From Camelus dromedarius (Eukaryota), in NCBI RefSeq assembly GCF_036321535.1, contig NC_087437.1, positions 116,562,001 through 116,626,000 of the forward strand: a DNA stretch of 64,000 nt, in the 5' to 3' direction. The notes beneath the pieces are model-generated. The model saw only the letters and a program-made list of their open reading frames with translations. It was not told the DNA's origin and made no database searches. The position numbers and the translations under genes are program-made. Positions 47,884 through 59,954 of this stretch are shown here, one piece after another (position 1 is the stretch's first letter; the number at the start of each line of letters is the position of its first letter).

Positions 47884-50302
47884 AAGATACAACAACTGTT
47901 GGACAGAAGCCAAAGGAAGGGAAGAAGGATAACAGGGAGCTATTTGAGGAGGGGTCCCGTGTGGCAGGTTGGGAGAACAACCAGGGCCCAGGAAGAATGC
48001 AGCCTCATGGGTGGGATTCTATGTGCCAGGTGCTCTGGGTCTCAGGACTGGGTGGGTCACCTTGCACAGGGCTCCCTGGCAACTGTGGGGCCCGAGGGAC
48101 GATGCGGAGGGCAGGGGAGGGGTAAACTGTAGCAGTAATGCTGGCAGAGTCGGTGAGACTGGACCAGAAGGAGGGAGGGTCTAGAAACACCTCCCTGACT
48201 CTGATTCAGGGCTGACTGTCATCCCGCCAGGACCCAAAGATGATTGTAGCGGTGGCGGCAAAACACCAAAGATGTGCAGTCCTTTCTAACATTAGATTCT
48301 GTGTGCCCTTCAGTGAGGACTGTTGGACCATGCACTGTGCAGCTGCCAGGAACACACAGTGCTGCACTGGTTGAAATTCATCCAACTGTGAGCCCTTCAT
48401 TTTCATCTCTATAAATCAGGCTCCATTATTAAATAACAAGTTAATTAATTTAAAAAATTAAGTCTAGTCTGAGCTTTGAAGCCCCTGAATTTCCACGGTC
48501 CTCTGTTTCTGATTTCAGCAACAGCGATAGATAACACTTATGTGGTCTTTGCAATGTGACCAGCGCTGTCCTGAACATTTGCATTGATCTGTTCTCATCA
48601 TCACCACAATGCTATCAGATAGATACAATGAATATCTTCGTGTTGCTGGTGAGGAACCAGAGGCGTGGGAAGTTACTGAGATTCAGCCTGCGTCTGGTAA
48701 CATAATAAGTGCAGAGCCATAAGCATCCTCGCCGTCCCTCCTGAGGCAATTCCAAGAACCACCGAGAAGCAGATACCAAAGGGCTCTGAAGAGTACCAAG
48801 AGCCTGGACCAGTGTGTGGTAACCACATCTGGCCGGAGTGCCCACTCTGAGGGCTCAGAGCCTGTTGGTCCGTGGAGTTAGGAATCACTGGTCAGTGGTC
48901 AGCATCCGACCAAGATTCTAAGAATGATAGCAGCTCCTGAACTTCCCCCGGGAAATGCATAACTACCCTTAACCCCGGTCCTAAGAGCCCTGTTTTCTAT
49001 CCTCAATCATCGCTTTGGCTCTTTTCTGAATTCTATCCAATTTTCCTACACCCCTCTGCATTGTTTTTGAACACTCCTGACCTTTGAAGAAAGTTTGAAA
49101 TAGTTTGCAATAACAGACACTGGCGGTAGGACCGGCAATAGACGGACCAGAGTACCAGAAGATCTGGGCATCTGGGAGTTACAGATGTGTTACCAAAACC
49201 CTGGCGTGGACGCCGAACTAGGTCCCGAGTGTTAAAGTCGCCAACGAGGAAGTGTTTCTGTTGCAAGACCAGGGGTCCCGTGGGCCAGGGAGGAGGGTCT
49301 GTGATTGCCATCCAGGATGGTTTTGGAGGCCGTGATTTCTGGAAGTCTCTGGGAGCACACAAGACTTCCCAGACACCTACCCTGGCCGGGGGCTCCACTT
49401 CCTAAGTGACCACTGACAGGCTGGCTCTGGCCAGGCGGCTGCTGTAGGGCCACATGGTATGACTCCAGAGTCCAAGGCCTCCTTCACGAGGTTGTCCGGG
49501 TGCAGCCTCAAGGGCACAGGGAGACCCCAGAGGGAATCCTGCCACTGCCATGGGGCTGTGCAACTTGGGCAAGTTCCTTGAGCTCTCTGGGCTTTCTTCT
49601 CCTTTTCTACAAAATGGAGATAGTAATGCCTTCCTCCGAGGGTTTCTGAAAACCAGAAGTGATCAGAAGTCAAATGCCTGGCGTGTAGTACGCGTTCCGC
49701 AACAGCAGCCTTTGTGATGACGGCAGAAATTTCACCTCCCGTGCTCCCTCCCACCGTGTGCTGTCCAAGGGCCAGAACCTCGGTTTCCACGGCTGTCACT
49801 TCCAGGCAGACATGGTGAGGGTGAGCCGACATTCCAGGCCTTTCCCACAAGCAGATTTCCATACCCGGAGTGGCAGAGAGGATCACTTGGGCTCATGGGA
49901 AGAAGAAAGAGCGTCACAGAAGATGGGGAGGGGTGCAGAGGCCGAGCTGACGCCCCGTCTGGGAGAGCATGCTCCCTGGCAGCCTTGGGAATCAGCTCCC
50001 ATGGCTGCTGCTTTTAGGCATTTTTGCTGAAAACCTCAAACCAGCCAGGGGGACGCTGGAGGGTTTAGCCAGAAATAACCCCGCAGCCCTCTCTCTGGAC
50101 CCTCAACAGTCCCTCAGGAAATCTTAGCAGTGCCGCAGTCTTAGGACCAGTCACGCTTGTTTCTTATACTGTGTTTTATTCCAGTACATATAATTTAAAA
50201 ACAAAAATTTTAAAAGAATAAAATAAAATAGATGATAAGTACTGACATGGCAATATATCTGCTATTTGCTGTGAGATGGCAAATAAAAAATCAGTGAGTT
50301 GC

Positions 50303-50855
50303 CTAGTTACAATAAACAAGACAGGGAAGCAACCTACATGTTCATCGACAGATGACTGGATAAAGAAGTTGTGGTATATTTCTACAATGGAATACTACTC
50401 AGCCAGAAAAAAGAATAAAATAACACCATTTGCAGCAACATGGATGGACTTGGAGATTGTCATTCGAATTGAAGTAAGCCAGAAAGAGAAAGAAAAATAC
50501 CATATGATATCATTTATATGTGGAATCTTAAAAAAATGACACAACTGAACTTATTTACAAAACAGAAACAGACTCTCAGACATAGAAAACAAACTTATGG
50601 TTACTGGGGGGAAAGGGAGTGTGGGAGGGATAAATTGGGACTTTAGGACTTGTAGATTCTAACTACTATATATAAAATAGATAAACAACAAGTTTCTACT
50701 GTATAGCACAGGGAACTATATTTAATACATCATAATGGCCTATAATGAAAAAGAATATGAAAAGAATATTATATATATATATAAATAACAGAACCACTAT
50801 GCTCTACACCAGAAGCTAATGCAACATTGTAAACCAATCATACTTCAATCAAAAA
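50303..50855 (+). mobile_element. Cetartiodactyl L1 3' end with readable ORF2 C-terminus
   Basis: ORF 50276..50539 contains KQPTCSSTDDWIKKLWYISTMEYYSA...FAATWMDLE...KYHMISFICGI, the L1 ORF2p C-terminus. A degenerate TSD lies at 50286-50302 and 50856-50872. Confidence 0.92.
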
Positions 50856-53537
50856 AAAGATTAGTGAATTGCATGGAAAAGACATTAGCTGTGTTTCTAT
50901 GTGGTGTGTTTAACATGTTTGACTTCGCATATTTTTTAATGTAGAGAACTGAATCGGTACATCCCACTTTCTGAACTATGATTATTCCCTGGGACTGGGA
51001 TTTAGATGGTACTTTCTGCTGCTCTCCATACACTTCTGAATTGCTAATTTTTTTTTCACATGTTTGAATTATAAAATTTAAAAAATTAAAATTAAAAAAA
51101 GTTTTCATAACAGCTGTTGAACATTCTGGTCTTTTCTGTTCAATCAGAGAACCAGGCGTTGTTAGAGTTGGACAGGAATGTAGAAGTTGCTGTGCGTCTT
51201 CCTTTGTGATGTCCCCCTTTCTCTTCCTGCTGGAAGGTGCCGTGTCTCATTGTGGGGCAGCCCCGCTCTCCCGGGATGCAGTCTGACTCAGTGAGCTTGT
51301 GAGGAAGGGACAGCCTCTCCCAGGTACACACTCAGCACCTGAGCCCTTACGGTGAGGGAGATCATGTCTGGGGGTTCACATGCCCCAGGTTAAGAACCTC
51401 TGGTGTGCTGTCTTGGGGTACCTGCACCCTGGAAGGACCCTCTGTTCTTCTGTCACTCTTCCAAACTTTGGGAGGTATTGCTCTGACCCACCGGAGGGCA
51501 TCCCTTCCTACAGCGCCTGAAACCATCCCTGTCAAATGCCACTTTGCCTTGCTTGTGGGTAAGAGCAATGGAAAACTTCCAAACACTGGGTGACCAGCCA
51601 ATCTGCACTTTGAGTGGCAGTCCTTCAGATATAATGGGTGGGTGAGGGAAGGCAGGCAGGGCCAGGACAAGCCTGCAAAAAGAGTAATTTATGAGCCCGC
51701 CGACAGTCCCTGGACTGCTCCGCCCTGTTCCCCACGCCGTCTTCTCTGACTTTGCCTGTGGGTCCATCTGCCCTTTCCTTCCACAATCATCCAGCCTCTC
51801 TGAATGTTCGCCCCCATCACCCACTTCCTCCACTCTGTTCTTCTCCCACCCGCCACATCTCTTCTTTTTTTTCCCTTTTATCTTCCTTCTCCAAACTCTC
51901 TGCTAACCAGAATGTGGAATGCAAACCCTGTTTTTTTTTATATTGGATTTAAAATAATCCTTTTAATTTTTTAAATTCAAAAATGTATTTTTCCAAAACA
52001 TCTTCAGTGATTTAAGAATTTTTTTTTCCCTAATGGCCCTTGATGGATTTTTTTGTTAACTGTTGTGATTTGATTGCTCATTTCATGACTTTATTTGTAA
52101 CCCATCTTATTCCAAAATCTCCATCAGGTGATTTTTGAAAATCTGTATTTACATCTTTCAGAAAAACTATTTCTCACTCAAGGCTTAAAGATTTAGTAGG
52201 ACAATAATGTGTGAGACCTTTCACTGAGAAAAAGGAAAAGAAAGCAGAACTGAAGGCTTCCAAGGGCCCAGCTCCACCCAGCAGGAGTCTCTCTGTTTAA
52301 CTCATCTACTTCTCACACTTGGGTAAAATTGTTTTTCCCCATTTCTCAGGCAGGTGGCCCCCAGGGAAGCTTCACTGTCAGCCTGTGGGGTCTTTGAACA
52401 CTCTTCCATTGCCAGGTAGCAAATCGAGAGAAGGTGCCCGTGACCTTCCGGAACTGGAACACTCTGACACAGCCACATTGGAGAAAACACAGTCTGTAAA
52501 CTCCAGATACGGCTCTTGATTGTTACAATTGCGCTTGTCTGGGCGTGCCATCTTCTAGGAGAGGCCAACGTGGTCTAGGACCAAGCAGGTAAAACGGTTT
52601 GGACCATTGTGAAGGGTCTACTGAGACTGGACTGAAGTAGACCAAGGACCACAGATGGGAACCTACACCACCAACACCAGCCCCACCATCTCCCCAAAAG
52701 CAGTGGGGAAAGTGTCACTGCTGTCGTCAGAGTCCACAGTACGAACTATGCCATGTGCATGTTAGAGTGAAGAACCAGGTTCACAGAGCGGACGGTAGGC
52801 GTGATCTCAGACTTCAAAGACACACAGCCTCGGCGGCTAGCAGAAACACAGCCTAGGCTGGCTGAGTCACCAGCAGAAATAGGAATCAAGGGATGGTGCC
52901 CAGGCTTCAACATGAATTCTTCCATTATTTCTACTTCTCAGGTCCTGGTAGGTGTCAGAGAAGCTGACCAGAGGAAGTGAATCACTTCCTGCGGTCATTG
53001 CTCTGCCCACGGTTGCTCTATTTTTAACTATCTGCATAAAAATCATCAGTCCAACCCTGGGCGTGTATATTATTTGTTTTACAAGTGCCCAATAAGATGA
53101 GGTGTGGGTGGAGACAAAAATGGGCAGAATTAAGCCAGCGAGGAGGCGGTAGTGCAAAAAATTCTCCCAGATAAAGAAAAATCTCTCTTTTTTTTTTGTA
53201 ACTTCTTTCGGAATGCTTGTCACAAAGGACGAGAATCAACTTTTGAGAATCACTTCTTAGAGTAATTTTCCACTCCCTATGGAAGAAACGATGCTTAACG
53301 CGAAACAGCTGCCCAGCTTTCACAGTGTCTATAGGAAATTCCTCAAAATATTCCAGCCACCAGCCGGATGACTTTTGAAAATCTCTCTGCCCTTTATCAG
53401 TGCTATTTCCTTTGCTTCAAATATGTGCCATCATTTATAGCGAATCTGTGAATAATTAGACAAGAAATGGGAAATGATTCATGAGGAAATGTTTGCATAT
53501 TAAAAGGACAGCTCCACTCCGACATTGAACGAGGTGG

Positions 53538-53965
53538 TGTATTTGCTTGCTCGCTAGGACTGCCGTAGCAAAGTGCCGCCAACTAGGTGGCTTAAAACAA
53601 CAGAAACCCATCTCTTCGCAGCTCAGGAGGTCAGAAGTCCAAGATCAAGGTGTGGGCAGGGTGGGTTCCTTCTGGGGGCTGTGCGGGAGAGGCTGGTCCA
53701 GGCCCCTCTCCCTGGCTTGTAGATGGCATCTCCCCTCTGAGTCTTTGCATCGCCTCCCCTCTGCGTGTGTGTCCTAGTCTCTCCTCTCACAAGGACACCG
53801 GTCCTGTTGGCTTGGGACCCACCCCAAGGACCTCGTCTTAACCTACGTGCCTCTGTGAAGACCCTGTCTCCTGATACGGTCAGAGTCTGAGATACTGGGG
53901 TTAGGGCTTCTCTGACACGTGAATTCGAGGGATGAGTCGGAGGGGGATGGAATTCAGCCCATCAC
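53538..53965 (-). mobile_element. MaLR LTR (MLT1B-like)
   Basis: 'ggtggcttaaaacaacagaaa...ggaggtcagaagtccaagatcaaggtgtgggcagggtgggttccttctg...aattcagcccatcac'. Confidence 0.88.
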
Positions 53966-54399
53966 GGATAGAAGTTCCAAGTGGGAGCTGATGTGTCTGT
54001 TACATTGTGATTTCAGCATGTACCAGGGTTTCTCAGCCATTAGGTGTCTATCCAACACCTCTAGACTCTCTTCTCTACATGAGGATGTAGAGAGAGGAAA
54101 CCAACGTGAATTCTGGTCCTGCCTGCTGCAGACACCACTATTCAGAGACCTGGTCTAGGTGCTCCTCCTGGCAACATCTCAGATGCTCCAAAACCAGACT
54201 CCAGACCGAACTCTGGGAATGATTTCGGATGTAACATACACGACGTACCATGAAAGCCATACAGGGGACTGGGACCGTCTTCCCTGCCCCTTAATGATGC
54301 TCTAGGAGTCAGCAAACCTCTCCTCGAAAAGGCAGGGTGGCAGACATTTGAGACTTTGTGGGTCACTGGGTTTCCTCGCAGCATCTCTGCTCTGCTGCT

Positions 54400-54600
54400 G
54401 TCCTGAGAGCGGCGGTACGCAAAAGAACGAGTGGGGCTGGGTTTCAGTAAAACATTTTTCCATAAAACACTGAAATTAGACTTTTATCTATTTTTCATGG
54501 GTCACAAAAAATCTCTCATCTTCCAACCATCAAACAATATAGAACCACTCTGAGGTCACAAAACCACAGCAGGTGAGACTTGGCCAGTGGTCTCAGTGGG
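54400..54600. mobile_element. MER58B-like hAT MITE
   Basis: 'gtttcagtaaaacatttttccataaaacactgaaattagacttttatctatttttcatgggtcac'. Confidence 0.5.
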
Positions 54601-56981
54601 CCCACCAGCTCTGTGCCTTTGTGCTCCTGCTGAACCGCAGTCATCTTCACCCTGTACCTGTTTCTTCCTTTCAGGTCCTGATTTATGCCTTTTGGTCCAC
54701 ATTGACCAGCTTGTCACAACACAGCCCTGCATCCTTTTCGACTGATTTCCCGAAAGGCGCTGCTTCAAGTGCATTCTGAGAGATGAGCGCTGCGTGCTGG
54801 GTGGGGAGCCTCCACCGCCATCTTCCAAGTCTTGGTTCCCCTTGATCAGAGTCTCATTCAGGATCAGGAACTTTCCTGGCTGTAGCCAAGGGGTGGTGGT
54901 GAGAGTTGAAACCTCTGGCTGTAGGCAGGGTCACTTTTTACTTTGAGAGGAGCTGAAAACAGCTCTCCTACTGAGCCAAAACATGGACACCATGACACTT
55001 CTTGAACAGCCTCCATGTCCTCCCGCCACCACCCGCCCCTCCCAGCAACAGCCCTGGGCGTTCTTCTTTAGCCAGTTCAGGCTCAGTACCATGTCGCTGA
55101 TTTGCTGGCTTAGTAGAGCACTGGGTGTTACCAGCAAACCTTCCCTGAATATTGCTTGAGTGGAGGTGGAAAACCCACAGGGTGATGATATCTCTTTATT
55201 GCAAAAACCATTTCCCTGAACAACGCATTCCCCTGAACAATGCATTCCCCTCTCCTCTGTGCTGGAGGCAAACCCAGTCCTCTGCTTGCAGGGAGAGAGT
55301 TATGGAAACATCGTCGGTGCGGAATGGTGGCTCAGATGTGCAGGCTCTAAACTCAGAGATGGGTTGATGTTATTTTTCATGCTAGTAATTCATTAATGAG
55401 CAAGTGCTCCCCTGGTAAATACACAGGAGAGGACACCCACCTTTCAGGAGAGATATAAGGAAGCAGGAAGCCCATGTTAAGGAGATAAGTTACAGACTGT
55501 GTTTGTCATGTGAACCATGATGAGGAATTTTCACGTAGCATTAGAAGCTTTGACTTGGATGCTAAAATTCGCCTTGTCTTGTTCATCTTAAGTTACGGTA
55601 TTAATTATGTTTTAATCAGACTCGGATGTTGCCCATATTTGAGAAATGGAGACCTATCTGTGGGATAATTCTCCCAAGGACTAAGCCGAGTGGCCAGGAC
55701 GTACTGCCTCCTTGTGTGTGGGCTCAGACCTCAGCCAGGTCTTTGCTTCAGCTCCACCTTGGATTACAAAATCTTTGAGGGCAAGGGCTGTGGACTGAAG
55801 AACTTGCTCGGGGCACTCAGGTCAGCAGACTGCAGTGATGTGGGAAGACAGCTTTCCCTGCGTGGGAACAAAGGTTGGCGACAGTCCTGGGCAGGTGCGT
55901 GCATTGCTGCAGGGACCTCTCCCGGCCATGAGCCTAACTGCAAACTGTCGTATTGCTTGCTGGCAGCTCCACACTTCATCTGTTGATTCACCCCGGTTCC
56001 TGGATGACTTTATAATTGGATAGTGACTTTCTCCACTAGGTCATGGGTTCAAAAGCAACTCAGGTCCTCTGGACATGGCTATAAAATGCTGCTATGTTCT
56101 CCCTGCTGCCAGTGTGCACAGCATTGCGCCGACCCCTAGGGGCTGCCCATCCTGGCTCTGCCCTGTTTCCAACCTGGGATGCAAGCTGAGCTCAGAGCTG
56201 GCTTTGAAGCATGGAGTTTCCACAGAGCTCCCTGGTGTGAGGCCACCACGAGGAGCCAGACCACAGAGACAGGAGCAAAACCAAGGGGCAGCAGGAAGCT
56301 GATGTGACCTGTGGGAATCCGAGCCCTGTGCGTCTTCTGGGCAGCCGAGGCCAGCTCCTCCAACAGCACCCCGCAGATGAGAGCAGCCCTGCCAGGTCAG
56401 CACGGGTCACAGAGCCTTTCCATCCGAGAAACAGACTAAGAGGGGGTTGTTAAAAAGGAAGCCATACGGACTGGCACAACAAATACCAACTCACCAGGGG
56501 GTAAGATGTTTTCATACTGAGAAATGATCGTCACTCCCATCATTTTCCTGGTGCAGCTCCATCCTTACCGCTGCCTCCCTTAGATTAATTTTTAAAAGAT
56601 TAAGAATATTCAGTGTTGCTGTTCCCAGGATATTAAACTGCTCAGGATGTGAACTTGGGGTGCAGCCCCTCCAAGAGGGCTGTAAGACATGGTATTGTTC
56701 TGATTCCGAGGACTGAAAGGAAACAGGTTTTCACAAGTTACCCAGTTGTTTTCTGCCAAGTGCCCTGATCCTAAGCTTGACCTCATCCAAGGCAGGGGCC
56801 CAGCCCCTGCTGCCCCAGCCCTGGTACCACAGCCCTCTGCCCGGCACATCTGCTTGGCTGTTAAGAGAGAAGTTTCTCATGGTTTACAGAGAAAATGAAT
56901 TCTCACCAGGGGCTAACCAGCCAGCTAGGGGCCAAGGAACAGTGACGCTAGAGTCCACGATCCAACTGAATTTCAGGAGAC

Positions 56982-57392
56982 AGACAGTCTGCTGGGGCAG
57001 CCGTAGCAAAACACCATAGTCGGGGAACCCTGAGCAATGGAAGTGCACACCCTCAACTCCCTGGGGCCAGCAAGGTCCTAGATCAGCATGCCGGCGGGGC
57101 CGGACTCCTGGGGAGGGCTCCCTTCCTGCCTTGCAGAAGGCTGCCTTCTCACTCTGTCCCCACATGGCCTTTCCTGAGGGACAGGGAGACAGAGAGACAG
57201 AGTGAGCTCTCTGGTGTCTCTTTTTCTAATGACACGAATCCTATTGCGCCCTGGTCCATGGGTTGACCTCATTCAACCTTAATTACTTTCTTCAAGGCCC
57301 CAGCGCCAAATATAGCCACGCTGGGAACGGGGGCTTTAACACATGAATTTCGGGGGTGTGTGGAAGGGGGCACAGACACTCAGTTCCCAACC
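56982..57392 (-). mobile_element. MaLR LTR (MLT1A-like)
   Basis: 'gctgccttctcactctgtccccacatggcctttcc...gagctctctggtgtctc...gacctcattcaaccttaattac...aacacatgaatttcgggg'. Confidence 0.85.
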
Positions 57393-59142
57393 GGTATGTG
57401 AAGACGCGCTTTCCTGGACCACCTTCACCCTTCGTTCATTTGTGTGTTCATTCCCTTCTTTAACGTCCGTTCAGTGACGTTTCCACGCAGCATGTGGTGG
57501 GATTACAGTGGGGAGCACACCACTGTCCCCCAAGGGGCTGCCATCCTGGGACAGAGGCCAGAGGAATAAACCCCCAGAGAAACAAGGAAACGTCATGTGA
57601 CATATCCCACAAATGCTTTTCATTTGTGCTCAACTTTCTACCAGTTTTGAAATAATCTGGCTTGTCGTCTCTGCGAGAAAGCCCTGCCTGTATCCCTTCT
57701 TTAAACTTGGCGAACAGAATGTGTATCTTTCAATTTTTGGAAGTGATGTCCTCAGCCTTCTTAGACTACACGCCCCTTCTCTGCAGAATTTAAACAACAT
57801 CGCTTGCTGTTCTGTGTTGTTTGCAATAGCTCATAGCAGTCATGGCCGTAAGAGCTAGGTCTGAGCTGAAGGGTGGGCATGATTTTAAAAATAAGAGTGT
57901 GAAAGTATTTCTCCTCTGAATAACTATAAATCATCACAAAGAAGCCATTGTTTCTTTCTTTGCTAATATCCTTTTAATACGTGGATCTCTACATGTCCCC
58001 CCGCCCCCAGATTTGTTGCTCTGGGGGAGAAAAAAACGTACCGTAAAAAGAAAGAGACACTGGTGGGTACAGTCATTACCAGCCTGACATTTCTGAACTG
58101 GGTTTGACAGTGGAACTTTGAAAATATTTATCTATCAGAAAATAGTTTCAGCCGTGGGCAATTTGGTGAAAAAGTTTAGTTGATGGAAAAACCATAACTC
58201 AGTGTGACTGGCTTTCATGTAAGATGTTCTTGAAGGCCACAGGATAACCAGCATTTCCAACAACCTGGAAAATTTAGACCAGCTTGGAAAAATAACAGAG
58301 GGGCTGGGGGCGGTAGCCAAAGCACTGCACAGGATCAGATAAATTTATGAGCTTTAGAGACTTGAATTTTAATATTAAATTATGAACGAAAGCAACACTC
58401 AGGCTAAGTGTTTAAGCAGGTCTCTCTGCCTGGGCCTTTTCCTTCCTCCCCTCTGAAAGACTGGGACAGTTTTCCAGCACAAGGTGTTCTGCTCCATCTA
58501 TATGTCATTCTTTCCCATTTGCATTTTTGTGTACTTCTATGGCTCCTTTATATAGTTAAGAAGGACTGTGTCCTGGGGTGCTGGCTTGTGTCTTGGTATT
58601 TTTGCATGGCTTCCAAGCCCAAGGCAATGGTTTGCCACTTGGCCATGCTCAGAAAGCCTACCATCTGCCACGGCTGATGTCTGGACAAGCAGCCCCACAG
58701 CTGCCCGACACAGCTCCTCTAGGAAGCCGCGCTGCCCGCCTGAGGTCCCCCCACCTCCGGCCCTGGCTGGTCTGGCCTCTATACAGGCAGGGAGTTGGGT
58801 CACTGGAAGCTCTGAGGCCACTTCTTCTGCCCTATCACCCGCAACTGCCTTGAAGCAACCCTGTCCTGGAACTGTCTCATGAACACAATCAGGGCTTACC
58901 CATCTTCTTCTGCTTTCACACCCGAGTTGAATAAAGCGACTCCCCCAAGAACAAACAAACAATCAATGGAACAAAGGAAAGGACACACAGGCCTCCCCCC
59001 AGGGGTCCTCCCTCCCAGGGGGCCTCCCTCCCAGGCCTCCACCCCAGGGGTCCTCCCTGGCACGGCTCTCGCCCCTCCTTCATCCCTCAACCTGTGTGCA
59101 GAGTGGCGTTAACCATGCCTCGGTTTAAAACTCTCCTCCCTG

Positions 59143-59407
59143 CTTGGGACTTGCAGATGCACACTACTATACGTGAAACAGATACACAGCAAGCACCTAC
59201 TGCCCAGCACAGGGAGCTACACCCAATACCTTGTAATAGCCCATAATGAAAACGAGTATGAAGAAGAAAATATATATAATAGCATCACTATGCTGTACGC
59301 CAGAAATTAACACAACGTGGTAAACTGACTATATTTTATTTAAAAAAAAAAAAAAGGCCAAAAAAAAAAAAAAAGATGGCAACATTTAAAAAAATAAAAT
59401 AAAAAAA
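59143..59407 (+). mobile_element. Short cetartiodactyl L1 3' end inserted into an L2 remnant (~59100-59860)
   Basis: A perfect 17-bp duplication TAAAACTCTCCTCCCTG lies at 59126-59142 and 59408-59424, at a TT/AAAA endonuclease-type site, with an interrupted poly-A tail. Confidence 0.93.
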
Positions 59408-59876
59408 TAAAACTCTCCTCCCTGTTACCCCTGGAATAATTTCCAAAACCATAGCAAGGCTTCCAAACCCCCACCCATCTCCATGGCCTCAGAACTTCCC
59501 CAACACCCCCATTACGCTATTTCCACCATGGCCAAGTATGTTCTGTTCCCTGTAAACCACCCCAGGCCTTGGAACATTCCAGAGGAGAAGTGTTATTCTT
59601 ACAATTCCTTTTCCCCCTTCGGTTGGCCAACTTCCACTCTTCCTGCCAGGGTCACTGCTTTCCCTAAGGGTCGCACTAGCCCTGGCTTAAGTGCCCCGCC
59701 ATGACTCCTCTACTGTTTTTACCTGTTTGCACAGCTGCTCCCCGTCAGGGTCTTGGAAGGCAAGGGCTGTGTCTTATTCCCTGTTGTACCTTCACAGCCC
59801 AGCTCTGTGTCAGACATATGATAAGTGTTGCACAATTACTTGACGAGTGGATGAATGTAACAACAGGAACCAGTGT

Positions 59877-59954
59877 TTAGATTAAGCCATGTGAAATTGC
59901 TGATATTTGATGACTTTTGACCTACAAAAATGGCAATTTCATGATTCTATCCAA
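59877..59954. mobile_element. MADE2-like mariner MITE
   Basis: An ~80-bp palindromic element, 'ttagattaagccatgtgaaattgctgat...gacctacaaaaatggcaatttcatgattctatccaa'. Confidence 0.8.

Noticed and set aside
50276..50539. 87-aa ORF as a host gene
   Set aside because: It is the C-terminus of L1 ORF2p in a truncated element, and its ATG comes from flanking DNA.
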